Shown: positions 25,144 through 37,443 of the stretch, piece by piece
Layout of the letters: every line of letters starts with the position of its first letter
Numbering within the stretch: the stretch's first letter is position 1
From: Squalus acanthias
Lineage: Eukaryota
Assembly: GCA_030390025.1 (NCBI GenBank)
Contig: JASTWF010000036.1
Span: forward strand, 1,116,001-1,180,000
Direction of reading: 5' to 3'
DNA length: 64,000 nucleotides
Translations under genes and position numbers: made by a program
The notes under the pieces: generated by a model
What the model was told of the DNA's origin: nothing
The model's input: only the letters and a program-made list of their open reading frames with translations
Database searches by the model: none

Positions 25144-25221
25144 CTGAATGCACTGGTCCCGCTTGCTATTGAGGTTGGTGTTGTTGCGGAGCAAATGACA
25201 GCGGGGAGTACGTTGCAAGAC

Positions 25222-25520
25222 AGGAATAAGTTGTATTTACGTCACATCTTCTCACGTCCTCGGGACTTCACAACCGACGGATAACTTTCGCAGTGCAGCC
25301 ATTGTTATGTCGGCCAATGCAGCTGCCGGTGTGTGCACAGCAAGATCCCACAAACAACCAATGACTGAATTGACCAGTCGATCTGTTTTTGGTGGAGAAT
25401 TTTGGCCGGGACACAGAGACCGCCCTGCTGCTCTTCCAGCAGCGCCATGGGATCGTCAATGACCCCCGGGACAAGCCTGACTCTGAGGCAAGAATGCTGC
25501 CAACTGAGCCAGGCTGCCAC
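25222..25520 (-). mobile_element. Degenerate DeuSINE
   Basis: gcacagcaagatcccacaaac and gccatgggatc motifs, plus a remnant head. Confidence 0.7.
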
Positions 25521-25637
25521 AAGTCTCCCAGCCACAGACATCACTTACTACTTGTAATAACTACAGTTTCAGGTTTACATTTTCAGAGCCTTCCCTCCAG
25601 AGTTTTACAGCTGATTATTGACATTTCTGAGATTATT

Positions 25638-26070
25638 CACTTGATCGGCACCCCATCCACCACCTTAAACATTCACTCCCTCCACCATCGTGGCTGCAGT
25701 GTGTACCATCTACAAGATGCACTGCAGCAACTCGCCAAGGCTTCTTTGGCAGCACCTCCCAAACCCGCGACCTCTACCACCTAGAAGGACAAGGGCAGCA
25801 GGCGCATGGGAACACCACCACCTCCAAGTTCCCCTCCAAGTCACACACCATCCTGACTTAGAAATATATCGGCCGATCCTTCATCGTCGCTGAGTCAAAA
25901 TCCTGGAACTCCCTCCCTAACAGCACTGTGGGAGCACCTTCACCACACGGACTGCAGCGGATCAAGAAGGCAGCTCACCACCACCTTCTCAAGGGCAATT
26001 AGGGATGGGCAATAAATGCTGGCCTTGCCAGCGACGCCCACATCCCATAAAAACAAAATAAAAAAAATAT
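25638..26070 (+). mobile_element. Zenon-like LINE family A, 3' end
   Basis: LIGTPSTTLNIHSLHH...; A-rich tail. Confidence 0.9.
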
Positions 26071-26419
26071 AAGATCCACACCGAAGGAGGCCATTGGGCC
26101 ATGCCTGTGGTGGTACTAGCTCTACACCGCAGCTACCTTCCATTCCCACTCCTGATGGCCACTATTATAGTTGGGGATCCCCATGCAGCTGTGTGTCATG
26201 GGACAGGAAGAGCAATTGGACTGCAACATGGTGACATTGGATTGATGCTGTAATGGGAGTCAGCTGACAGGAAGGAAGGCTTTTAATGAGAAATAATGCA
26301 CTATGTTGCACAGAAGTTTAACATTCCCTTGTGTTATCACCACATTCGCAGTGAAAAACATCCCTCTGTAAGGACAGTACATCATAATGTGCTGTTTCAC
26401 ATTGGTGCAGCAACCCCAT

Positions 26420-26991
26420 GGGTGAAAAATTCGGTGTCGCCCCTTTTGGGGCGCTAACGTCGCCAGCGCCCCGAAAAAATTAGCACCCCTCCGCCTGAAA
26501 TTCAGTGTAATGCCCCAAGCAGGAGGCGGCGCGCTACTGGAAGTGCTCCACCTCCTTCTTGGGGCGCTACAACTGAATATCGCGGCGCTACGTGCAACAG
26601 CGCCACGCGCACCGGCACGTAGCGCCGTGTCATTGCAGACCTCCTTCCGATTAAAGAGGAGGGGCCTAGTGCTGCTAGACCACCGGGCAGCGGGGTGCCG
26701 GGAAAACAGCCCGAAACTAAAGAGGAGCACCGGGCTGAGCGATCGCGGCCGGCACCCTGAGAGAAAAACGTGGAAGGGGGCAGGTGCTGGCTGTCGGCCA
26801 GAACAAAATGGCCGCCCGACACCTGCCCCTTTAAGTAGCGCTGCGGCGGCTGCAAAAACGCCCCTTGACCCTGTCGGACATATCGTCCGGCGATAGGTCA
26901 GGGGGCGCAACCCAAGTTTGCGGCCGGGGCGCTGCGCACGGCGATGACGTGGGCACTAACGAGAGGCGCAAATCAACCCAATTTTTCCCCC
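26420..26991. mobile_element. Harbinger MITE family A, both ends present
   Basis: GGGTGAAAAATTCGGT...ACCCAATTTTTCCCCC; TSD cat (26417-26419 and 26992-26994); subterminal sequence matches both ends of 49994-54172. Confidence 0.9.
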
Positions 26992-27761
26992 CATACGTCT
27001 TAAGTCTATTTTTCTTAAATTACGTATTTCGAAGTTGCCTAATATAGTCTGACAGTGGCCGGGAGATGACTTGATCCATGCTATTGAAATGACAGCAGCA
27101 CCGAAAGCCTCTGGTTTGTACCTTTGTGGGTGCTCGTTGAGTTCTTTCACCCTTCCAGGCTCAGTAACCTTTCCTCCTCCTCTTCTAAGCCTGTTCCTCC
27201 AGTGACTCGATTGGGCACTTAACAAAAAATGAAGCTGTAAACAAAAGCTGTTTAAAATCCATCATAAATCATTGTTACTGGTGGCGCCACTCGCTCTGTA
27301 AAGGGGGACAATGAGGCACAGTAGCTTTCCATGTACAAAGAACCCTAGAGTTTGCACTCAGATTTTGCAATCAGCACTTTACTGTCTACCAGGCTCTTAT
27401 TCCCAAACTCCCCCTTTTTTTTAGAAAATTCAGGGTATCGGTGTATCCGAAATATTACATTGTGTTACATTTCGGAACATGTATGTTAATTGCATTAAAA
27501 CCTTGGGTAGCTTAAACTGCCACCTCCCCATTCTCCCGTGTGAAGTTTCAGAAGTCTGTCCTCTGTCTGCCATCTCCTTTTGTGTTCAACTCATCTTCGC
27601 TATCTCCATTGACGTACCATTTTGCATAACCGTCCACACTGTATCTTCATCAATTCTTCCATCTACGCTGCTCGCTGGCCACTGCCTTTTTTCCAGGTTG
27701 GGCTGTCAACCAGTGCCCCCGGAATAGGCCAGGTGAACCAATGCTGGAGAGCTGCTCTTCC

Positions 27762-27864
27762 CACCGGCCGTAACCAGCACCTACTCTCCGAAGCACAGTG
27801 GAGTCCGGCCAAGTTACTCCTTGTGAATGGACAACTACCGGGGAGTACCAGGTGCAGTCAGCTT
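27762..27864 (+). pseudogene. Degenerate 5S rRNA-derived sequence (pseudogene or SINE head)
   Basis: gaagcacagtggagtccggccaagttactccttg...gggagtaccaggtgcagtcagctt aligns by eye with the 3' half of vertebrate 5S (gaagctaagcagggtcgggcctggttagtacttgg...gggaataccgggtgctgtaggctt). Confidence 0.55.
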
Positions 27865-27886
27865 GCACTCTTCCCTCCCTGTGTGG

Positions 27887-28264
27887 TAGGGGTCGCCAAC
27901 CCTCCAGGATTGGCCTGGAGTCTCCAGGATTTGAAGATGAATCTCCTGGATACTGTTGCCAGCAAAACCCGGGAGAGAAATCAGAGGGGCATTCAAAAAA
28001 TAAGTGCTTTTTTTTTCCATTTTCTTTCAACACTTGTTTATTAGTTATTCAAATATAGGAGTTGGAGGAATCAAAGCTGTTTGACAGTCAAAAATCATCC
28101 AATTGCGTCATGAAGAGTCTGTTCGCTGTGCAGTTGGCGTGGGAGGCGCTGTGCCACGAGGATGGACGTGTTGGGTAGAGCAATGGTGGGGGCGGGGCAG
28201 TGGGAGGTGGGATGCCATGTGATGGAATCTCCAGGCAGGCATCCAATCAGTGTTGGCAATCCTA
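27887..28264. mobile_element. hAT-type MITE (TAGGGTTGCCA-like TIR)
   Basis: taggggtcgccaac...gttggcaatccta; 8-bp TSD ctgtgtgg/ccgtgtgg. Confidence 0.85.
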
Positions 28265-28710
28265 CCGTGTGGGGAATTGGCACTCTCGCTGCAAGGCCCA
28301 GGTTTGATTCTCCACGTGAGAAGCTGCCTTTCTGTTCTATCTGATTCACATGGGGGTTAGAAAGAGGATAGCAGAGATCTTGGGGGGGTGCAGGTGGGAG
28401 GGTAGGTCCCCGATCGAGGTAGCTTTGCATGTGGAAGGAGTGAGTGCTTCTCTGAAAGCTTTGCCAATCTTCACATCCCATTCTTTGAGCTTATGAGTCA
28501 GGTCACATGATCAGCACCACCTCAATCAAACCTTGTCACAGGTGTTTAAATAAGACTGGTTACATCTGCAGATTTTGAACAAAGTTTACCCTCTACTGGG
28601 AGAAATTCTTGGTTCAACTACCCCAAAATCTACAAAATAAATCTCCTGGCCTTCCGCATCACCCTTCCTCTCTATATTGCAAAGAGTGTCCTTCCAGACA
28701 AAGCAAGCTA

Positions 28711-29059
28711 CAGGAAACTCTCGTTTAAACGGCACCTAAATATCCGGAATTCTCTATTAACCGGCAAAATTCATACTCCGAAAACAACACCTCAATAACC
28801 GTTTTGTTTTACTGTTAAGTAATTAAAGAGTTATGGATTACCCTCAACTGGCAGTACTGTACTTAATCAAGCATCTTCCACCATCCATTTAACACAACGT
28901 TCTGTAGGGGAGTACCCAATTACTGTATACTGCACATTTCTTGATTTTTTTATTTTTGTTAAAAATAGCCTCGGTAGATAACCCTCTCCGTCATCCGGAA
29001 TTTTTAATCAACCGGCACCATCCCGGTCCCGTCGATGCCGGATACCAAAGAGTTTCCTG
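28711..29059. mobile_element. Tc1/mariner-superfamily (pogo/Tigger-like) MITE
   Basis: TIR CAGGAAACTCT...CGGCA at both ends, flanked by TA on each side. Confidence 0.85.
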
Positions 29060-29114
29060 TATCTCGATTTCAAGCGCATAAAAGAATTTGATTTGGCGCG
29101 TCCTTTTTAGTGTT

Positions 29115-29310
29115 CAAGCCAACATTCCACCCTGAACCAACAGCACCACAAACCTATGAACTGGTCATTCGCCTTGTCGCTGTTTATGGGATCTTGCTGT
29201 GTGCAAAATGGCCGCCACACTTGCCAACGTAACAGTCGTTGAATTTACAGTAAATCATTGTATGTGACGCTTTCGAGAGGCATGATACGGCACTACATAA
29301 ATGCAAGAGC
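29115..29310 (+). mobile_element. Degenerate DeuSINE 3' half
   Basis: gctgtttatgggatcttgctgtgtgcaaaatggccgcc and ataaatgcaag motifs. Confidence 0.6.
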
Positions 29311-29344
29311 ACCCTTCTTTCCACCTTTCCTTTCTTACTTGCCT

Positions 29345-29801
29345 TGGTACTTGTGCTCGCTGACCTACATTGGCTCCCAGTTAAGCAACGCCACGATTTT
29401 AAAATTCTCATCCTTATTTTCAAATCCCTCCATGGCCTCGCCCCTCCTTAATCTCTGTAATCTCCTCCAGCCCGACAATCCCCCGAGATGTCTACGCTCC
29501 GCCTATTCTGGCCTTTCGAACATCCCCGATTTTCATCGCTCCACCATTGGTGGCCGTGCCGTCAGCTGCCTAGGTCTTAAGCTCTGGAACACCCTCCCTA
29601 AAACTCTTCGCCTCTCCGTTTCTCTTTCCACCTTTAAGACGCTCCTTCAAACCTACCTCTTTGACCAAGCTTTCGGTCATCTGCCCTAACATCTCCTTAT
29701 GTGGCTCGATGTCAATTTTTTTTTTGATAACACTCCTGTGAAGCTCCCTGGGACGTTTTATTACTTTAAAGGTGCTATATAAATATAAGTTGTTGTTGTT
29801 G
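29345..29801 (+). mobile_element. L2 LINE 3' end
   Basis: LRSAYSGLSNIPDFHRSTIGGRAVSCLGLKLWNTLP; (ttg)n tail. Confidence 0.9.
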
Positions 29802-30507
29802 TACACAACAAGCAATCCCGTGATCAGATTCCCACTGAATCCCATTTTAACCTTTTTGGCTTTTAAAAAACAAACTTTCCTGCTCATTTTTAGACGAACA
29901 ATTCATATTTTATTTATTAAGATGTCCTGTAGTATAACGGTTAAGTTGCTGAACTGCTGGCGGTTGCCTGAGCTCCTGTGCCTTCTGTTGACGAAGGTAT
30001 ATTTCGAGACTGCAAGGTTACAAACTCGGAGAGGTTTCACTGCAGGGCTGTTGGCTTTGCGAACTCATTAATTTCACCTTTTTCCAGAATGCCCACTTCA
30101 GGGCAGAGGCTGACTGCGGATTGTGTTGGGTTGCGTTTTCTGATCGGTCAATCGTGACCCCCTCGATCAATAGCTCCCCAGAAAACCGTCCTCTGACTTG
30201 CATAACGTGAACGAGATTCTCACCTCCTCATCTCTGTTAAGAAACTAAAGCGACCAAAAGTCATGGTTGACTTCATGATTTCTACCTGAAGAGAAATTTC
30301 CCTCAGAAAATTTCTAACGCTTGTAAAGCGAGGAATGTTACTGTTGAGGGAATGGAATCTTTACTCATTTCAGGCTGGTATCAAGGTCGGGGGTACAATA
30401 AGCAACTAAACTCCAATTAAACATAGGTCTTGAGGTGAAAGGACAGTAGCAGGTTCCCCCCAAATTTATTCCCATTCCCCTCCCCATCCACTCCATCCCT
30501 CTCGGGG

Positions 30508-30703
30508 ACCAACATCACTAAAAACAGATGATCTGGTCATTATCACGTTGCTGTTTGTGGGAGCTTGCTGTGCACAAATTGGCTGCCGCGTTTCCCACAT
30601 TACAACAGTGACTCCACTTCAAAAGTATTTCATTGGCTGTAAAACGCTTTGGGACGTCCTGAGGTCATGAAAGGCGCTATAGAAATGCAGGTCTTTCCTT
30701 TTT
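30508..30703 (+). mobile_element. DeuSINE 3' half
   Basis: Matches the 3' ~200 bp of the full-length copies. Confidence 0.88.
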
Positions 30704-31754
30704 CGGGAGTTCCTCTGCTCCGTGCTGAAAATGGCCATTTTTGGCAACATTTGCCTACGATTACATTAGTAATGGTATCTGAACGAGACCAAATGGAGGC
30801 AATCTTACTCCTCCCACCCGCTACCCACGCTGTCAAAAATACAAAAAACAGGCCAACTTCCATTGGTGGTGGGGTGGGAGCGGAGGCGGTGGGTGTGGAA
30901 AGGACAAAGGGACATTGGTCAGTAAGTGAGGTAGCATGTCTCTTGATGGGCTGAGACAGAGACAAGTGCCCACCCACAGTCCAGAAGCTTTGGACTTAAT
31001 CTTGTCTTTTGCTTGGGTGGAATCTATCGATACCGAGCCTGCAATTGGTCAATAGACAAAGCTGACCAACCTCAATATGATACCCGTTTGTAACCAGCAG
31101 TCATAAGTTATGAACTGCGACCAAAAGACTATGGTCATCATCTGTGTCGGCAGTCTGACAGGCTTCCCAAGCAGATGGTAAGTGACCTTTACAACTACAA
31201 AACTGAACTGACTTGAATCAGTTCTTTAAATTGTAATGAATTTTTTTTCAGGCATATCATAATTTTGTGACTAGGTCTTATTTTTAATATAAAATTGTAC
31301 CATAAAATATCACAGGTCAATAAAACCTCTTCACGGTTCTGGTCCAAAGTTCTTCAACATCTGAGCATGCCGAGCTGCACAGCGATACACCAGCGAACCA
31401 ATCTGCTATCTTCCTCTTCTGAAAAAAACCCCCATGATCTGCTCCAAAGCTTGGCCAAAATGGCCAACCACAGGTCCAGGATGCGTGGGACCCGCAAGGA
31501 TGGTCCCTGCGTCTCTTCTGCGGTCTTGTCCGCACCCAGATGACCAGGGACACTTGAGGCCTTCTGAGACTGGTGGGCACCGCATGACATCCATTGCATG
31601 ATCGATCAGTACAACAAAACACTGATCTAATTCACGTTACGTTTTAGTTTGGTTGGACCCCATTACATTATTTCTAGTGATGCCCTCTTAAAGGGGGTAT
31701 GTGCACTATTTTTGTCCGGTGCAACCCAGTGCGACCTTTACCGGTACAATTAAT

Positions 31755-31918
31755 GCATTCAAGTGATGCCTTTAAGGAGAAGCTAGATAAACACATGAGG
31801 GAGAAAGGAATGGAAGGATATGCTGATAGGCTGAGATGTCGTAGGATGCGAGGAGGCTCATGTGGAGCATAAACACCGGCACAGACCAGTTGGACCGAGT
31901 GGCCTGTTTCTGTGCTGT
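31755..31918 (+). mobile_element. Short CR1-type 3' end
   Basis: AFKEKLDKHMREKGMEGY followed by tggaccgagtggcctgtttctgtgctgt. Confidence 0.7.
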
Positions 31919-32577
31919 CGTTAAAAAAGGCATAAATGCTGTACTGTGGAAGGAAGATTATCCAGGCCACTACCAAGAGTCTTTCATGTAAAACGCATTG
32001 TGGGTGTGCTGCGATCAAAGGACTGAAGTACATTTTGCGATGAGCAGGGCCGGCTATGACCTTCAAGGTAATGAATTCATAGGAGCTTGCTGAAGTGTTT
32101 ATCTACAGCCCACAAGTGCTGTGAACATGGAGATGAGTACCCTACAAAATGTAATTGATTGCTAGTGTATTGTAGTGTAATAATAACAAAGAAAAGCTTC
32201 CTTGAGGTAAAAACAAATCATGTGCAGTCAGTCCCATTCATTGTAATTGTGGCCAATTCTGCTCGTGTTTAAAGCTGTCTACCCTCATTATTTTTATTTG
32301 TATTTATGAAGCCCTATCTAGAATAATTAACTCACGGAATTAATTACCTTTAGTTCTGAAGGTATAATATTTTGAAATGCGTGATTGCTTTTCAATTGCT
32401 CCTGCTTGCCGTAGCTGAAGGCAAGAAACATCAGCTGGAAATCTGAAATCAGCCCGATAAGTTCTTATTGTGTTCGGGTGATGGGGAAAGAGCAGGGCAG
32501 TGGGATTAATTGGATAGCTCGACCAAAGAGCCGCCACAGGCATGATGGGCTGATCGGCCTCCTTCTGTGCTTTCCTT

Positions 32578-32896
32578 CTGCGTCTTTCGGATGAGAAGTC
32601 TGCCCTCTCGGGAGGATGTAAAAGATCCCATGGCACTATTTCGAAGAAGAGCAGGGGAGTTCTCCCTGGTGTCCTGGGGCCAATATTTATCCCTCAACCA
32701 ACATCACTAAAGCAGATGATCTGGTCATTATCACATTGCTGTTTGTGGGAGCTTGCTGTGCGCAAATTGGCTGGTGTGTTTCCCACATTACAACAGTGAC
32801 TGCACTTCAAAAAAAGTACTTCATTGGCTTTAAAACAGTTTGGACGTCCGGTGGTTGTGAGAGGCGCTATAGAAATGCGAGTCTTTCTTTCTTTCC
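32578..32896 (+). mobile_element. DeuSINE, 5'-truncated
   Basis: Deu core and tail. Confidence 0.88.
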
Positions 32897-32929
32897 TTCT
32901 TGTAATCATTCTAGGATTCTAAGTTCAGT

Positions 32930-33025
32930 GGAATGCAAACAGGAAATGCTGGAAACACTCAGCAGGTCAGGCAGCATCTGAGAAGAGAAACAGGTAGGGT
33001 TCCCCTTTCGGGTCGATGACCTCTC
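32930..33025 (-). mobile_element. Penelope terminal-repeat fragment
   Basis: gaaatgctggaaacactcagcaggtcaggcagcatctg matches 5645-5685; the ribozyme core is decayed. Confidence 0.7.
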
Positions 33026-33221
33026 TTCCGATCCAACCAGTTGAGCAGTTGAAACATGCTAATGACCTTTTCACAGAGAGGCTGCTGATTCGAGGCTATT
33101 TGGCCCATCAGTAACCTCTTTGTGAAAGTCATGATCATATTTTAACTGTAATACGAGCAGAAAATGCTGGGAAACACTCAGCAGGCGAGGCAGCCTCTGT
33201 GGAGAGAGAAACAGAGTTAAC

Positions 33222-34329
33222 AGCCAGAATTTTCCCATCAAAAAGCGAGTGGGTTTGGAGCGTGGGGGCAGTTAAATTGTTAAAAATGCGAATCCCGACC
33301 TGATCCCGCCTCCAACCCGCCCACTTCCGGTTTGCCCGGAGGCGGGACGGGGGACGGGGCGGGCGACCAACCCGCTGTTAGGGAGCGTTACCTCAATTTA
33401 AATATTGTAATGAGGCTGGCAGCCTCTATTTTCACCTCCATTTTGAATTTAACTGCCTGGGGACGGATTTCACACAATTCGTGAAACTCGGCAGTTAAAC
33501 TGAGGCGGGGACTGCTGGATCCAGGAGGTAAGAGGCTTTATACCTACCTCCTGGATCCAGGGTCCCGACCTAACCCACCCCCCGCGATCGGAGACCAGCC
33601 CCCGCCACGAGGCCTCCACTCACCTTCCTAGGCCTCCCCCCCCCTCAACGATGATGATAAGGCCAGCCCCAATCCTCTCTTCCCCCACCCCGCTGATCCC
33701 CGAATGACCCACCCACCCATCCGATCGCTGATTTCCACCCACCCCCCATGATACCCAATCCCTGGCCGATCTCCCCCCCACAATCCCCGATCCCCCCCCG
33801 ATCCCCAATCCCTGGCCGATCTCCCCCCCACAATCCCCGATCCCCCCCCTGATCCCCAATCCCTGGCCGATCTCCCCCCCACAATCCCCGATCCCCCCCC
33901 TGATCCCCAATCCCTGGCCGATCTCCCCCCCACAATCCCCGATCCCCCCCCTGATCCCCAATCCCTGGCCGATCTCCCCCCCACAATCCCCGATCCCCCC
34001 CCTGATCCCCAATCCCTGGCCGATCTCCCCCCCACAATTCCCGATCCCCCCCGATCCCCAATCCCCTGCCGATCCTGCAACCCCCCCAACCCCGCCGATC
34101 CTCTCTCCCCCCCTCCCGATTCCCGCTCCCCCCGCCAATCGCCGACCCCCCTCTCACGGTCCCTCCCCTGGACCGACCCCTCGCAGCTGAAGCCTGCCCG
34201 CCCGCAGCCAGCCAACCTCGGGCAGGAAACTGAGGCCTCACATTCAAATTAGGCCCTGCTGGTAAAGTCAGCTTTCCCGCCAGCCTTGGACCCCGCCCCC
34301 AACCTGCCTCCCCGAAGAAAATTTTGGCC
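33222..34329. mobile_element. TIR-bounded MITE, family C (probably Harbinger-type)
   Basis: agccagaattttc...gaaaattttggcc imperfect TIR; boundaries defined by the interrupted Penelope sequence. Confidence 0.78.
33750..34070. repeat. ~51-bp C-rich minisatellite (~6 copies) inside the MITE
   Basis: Unit ccccaatccctggccgatctcccccccacaatccccgatcccccccctgat. Confidence 0.93.
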
Positions 34330-34879
34330 GTTTCAGGTCGATGACCGTATTAGGTACACGGGTAAGAGAGCTGATTGTGAGGCAGGGGGTATTTACGCAT
34401 TGAATGGAGGTCCTGCCGTTCCAACACTTGGGGGTAAGAATTCCGATGTGGCAGGAAAATGCTGCACTGTCTGCGATTTTTCTGTCCGGCGTGTTGAAAT
34501 CTTTCTCCCTTTGACTATATTTTGTAGTGGGAAGATGGTAAGGTTGGTATTCTTAGAAGAATGAGATCAAATGAACCAAAAGACCTTCTTCTTCTGAAAT
34601 TACCTTCTGATCTCTCTTGTTTTCCAGGATCTAAGGGTGCTCTTCAAAAGTGTTGTGCCGCTTTAAACAAGGTTGTGCAGTGTGTCAGTGCTGTGAGATA
34701 ATGTGGTAGGATGGAGACTTGTCCTCCAGACTTCCCACACAGTGAGTTCTTGATCTTCAATAGGTGCAGATGTGCTGAATGAAACACGACAGTGAAAGCG
34801 GTTCTTAAGGTCACCTTGAATAAATAGCTGCCCATCTTCAGTCGATAGCATTTATGAAAATATTTTTTTATTTTTGATT

Positions 34880-35220
34880 CATTTTTTTTCTCCAGTTTTT
34901 GGCCCTTACCGCCTCGCCCACCCCCTCACTCCTCTTCTGAAGGTGGTGACCTGTGTCAGGCTCATTTAAGGGGACAGTGATCCTCGGGTATCCTGCTCTG
35001 GTGGCCATTCTCCACGTGCGAGCCTGGACAGTGAATTTTGGTCGGCTGATTGTCCAATCACGCCCACACCCAATGTTCATTCACGCACACCGCAAGCAGG
35101 AGTGACTGGATCGCGACAGGGTTGGGAATCCTGGCCATTAGATGCTGAGCCCCGAACGGTCTACACCAAGCATCAAGCCTGAGACCTTGCTGGCCTCGGT
35201 GGCTCAGAACCACGCTGACA
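34880..35220 (-). mobile_element. AmnSINE2-like SINE
   Basis: ctcttctgaaggtggtgac...ggtggccattctccacgtgcgagcctggacagtg...gtgactggatcgcg. Confidence 0.55.
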
Positions 35221-35597
35221 TGAATCTTGTCATTCATGTGGAAATGACTTATGAAATAATACTGAGTGGCCCGCGGGTGGCGCTGTCCAGGGAGAGTATA
35301 AATACTCGGGCACGGGCCCAGCTTGCGCGGGACATTCTTAACAGGAACCAGTAAAGGACACAACGAGACCTCCATGTTGTAAAACAGTTGATTAAAGCTT
35401 TGTTTAACGCTTAGACCAAGTGCCTAGTAGTTTTCTAACGTCACACGCCACAGGATGCATTTCGCCACACCACAGGATGCCATCAGGTTTTTTAACTGGA
35501 TAAACAGAAGGAGAATAGTAGCAAGGAGTGATCAACACGAGGAATAAACAAGAGTAATGGAGGCAAAATCCCTGAAATCATTTAAGAAACAGTGGTA

Positions 35598-35855
35598 CAA
35601 AAAGAAAATACTGCAGATGCTGGAAATCTGAAATAAAAACCGAAAATGCTGGAGATACCAGCAGGCCAGGCAGCATCTGTGGAGAGAGAAACAGAGTTAA
35701 CGTTTCAGGTCGATGACCCTTCGTCAGAACTGGAAAAAAGCAGGAAATGGAACAGATTTTTAAGCAAGTGTAGGGGCTGGGAAAGGGGGGAGGGGATGAA
35801 AGAACAAAAGGGGAAGGTCTGTGATAGGATAGAAGGCAGGAGAGATTAAGAAACA
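35598..35855 (-). mobile_element. Penelope terminal repeat
   Basis: Closely matches 5600-5855. Confidence 0.88.
35695..35731 (-). ncRNA. Minimal hammerhead ribozyme motif, second copy
   Basis: AGUU-CUGACGA-AGGGUCAUCGACCU-GAAACGUU-AACU; differs from 5698-5734 only at the variable N of CUGANGA. Confidence 0.75.
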
Positions 35856-35904
35856 TGAAGAGATGTAATGGTAGTGGGGTGAGGGAGGGTTGTTAGGATC
35901 TTGG

Positions 35905-36374
35905 TGTGTCAGCTGTGGCTCAGTGGGTAGCACACTCGCCTCTGAGGCAGAAGGTCGTGGGTTCAGGTCCCACTCCAGGGACATGAGCACATTCAAGCTA
36001 GACTGACACTCCAGTGCAGTACCGAGGGAGTGCTGCACTGTCGGAGGTGCCGTCTTTCAGATGAGATGTTAAACCGAGGCCCCGTCTGCCCTCTCAAGTG
36101 GACGTAAAAGATCCCGTGGCACTATTTCGAAGAAGAGCAGGGGAGTTCTCCCCGGTGTCCTGGGCCAATATTTCTCCCTCAACCATCATCACTAAAACAG
36201 ATTGTCTGGTCATTATCACATTGCTGTTTGTGGGAGCTTGCTGTGCGCAAATTGGCTGCTGCGTTTCCCACATTACAACAGTGACTACACTTCAAAAATA
36301 CTTCATTGGCTGTAAAGCGCTTTGGGACGTCCGGTGGTCGTGAAAGACGCTGTAGAAATGCAAGTCTTTCTTTC
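35905..36374 (+). mobile_element. SacSINE1-like DeuSINE, full length
   Basis: Head, core and tail all present. Confidence 0.93.
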
Positions 36375-37443
36375 TTATTGGACGGATGAATTAAGATGGA
36401 CCGAATGGCCTTCCTTGTCTGTTAATTATCTTCTGATATGGCATTGTAGTGCCAGGTTGAACATAGAAATATGAATCTATAACTGAATGATCTACTCCAT
36501 TAATATCGCTGCCTCTCGGTGGGCCAGCACAAATGGCAAGTATGTTTATTGTTGTGCTTGTGTGAATTCCAATGGGACACGCGCACATTTAAGAAAGCAA
36601 TGAATTTAAAAGCTGGCACATTTTAATAATGTCTTCAAAGAATTGGAAGAAAATGTTCAAATGTGGAGGCTTGCTTGCCCTGAGTCTCGGGACAATTTCC
36701 TTGCACGGCCTCTATTGGTTCTAGGCTTAAACCTGCTGAGGAGTTGGATTTACACCAGGGACAAGTCAAAATCCCAACCAAGTTTGCTTCCTCGTTCCCT
36801 TATGCATTCAAGTTCACTCTTTATGAATGTCACAGTGGCTGAGTTTAAGGCATAGGATTTCAGAATTCAACTAAATTCAGCACCGGAAGCAACCTTTCAT
36901 TTTCATTGATATGACTGTTCGATGCTGATTTCACTGTATTTATGACAGCACTGAATGCTTTTAGCAATTATAGTGATATATATCCAGGGAGGTTTGACCA
37001 GCAGCTAAAGCCTCCTCTAAATGTAGCCAGGCTGGAACCTTAATTCTAGTCCTTGACAATCTAAAACTACACAATTACGGGCAGACCAGAAAATTCACAG
37101 CCAGTCACCTCTAAAGTACTTCTGACAATAGCAATGATGCTTTAGTCGTATCAAGATTTTTGACAGGATAGATAGTAAATTACCAAGGCTCAAGGAAAGC
37201 AGTCATCTATTTTTGCAGGCATTTTGAAGCACCAGCCCTTTGCAACTCAACTTATTTTCACTTGACATTGTCAGCTTGTAGAATTAAATCAAATGCAGAG
37301 AGTGTAGCATCTGTAGAACGCTTTTGAGAAGGAAATAGACAGGTTGCTGATTATGGAGGGGATTGGAGGATATGGGTGTGTTGCTGGGACAAGTTAGTAG
37401 ACTCTGTCTGTATCACTGGGATAAAGTATGGAGTTAGTTTTGA

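Larger units (their letters stand above)
33152..34347 (-). mobile_element. Penelope terminal-repeat fragment split by a MITE
   Basis: gagaaacagagttaac (to 33221) resumes as gtttcaggtcgatgacc at 34330. Confidence 0.8.

Noticed and set aside
31295..31622. Cluster of short ORFs, possibly an exon or RTE relic
   Set aside because: No convincing motif in any frame, so it cannot be supported.
33620..34247. Gly-rich ORFs
   Set aside because: Translations of the 51-bp minisatellite.
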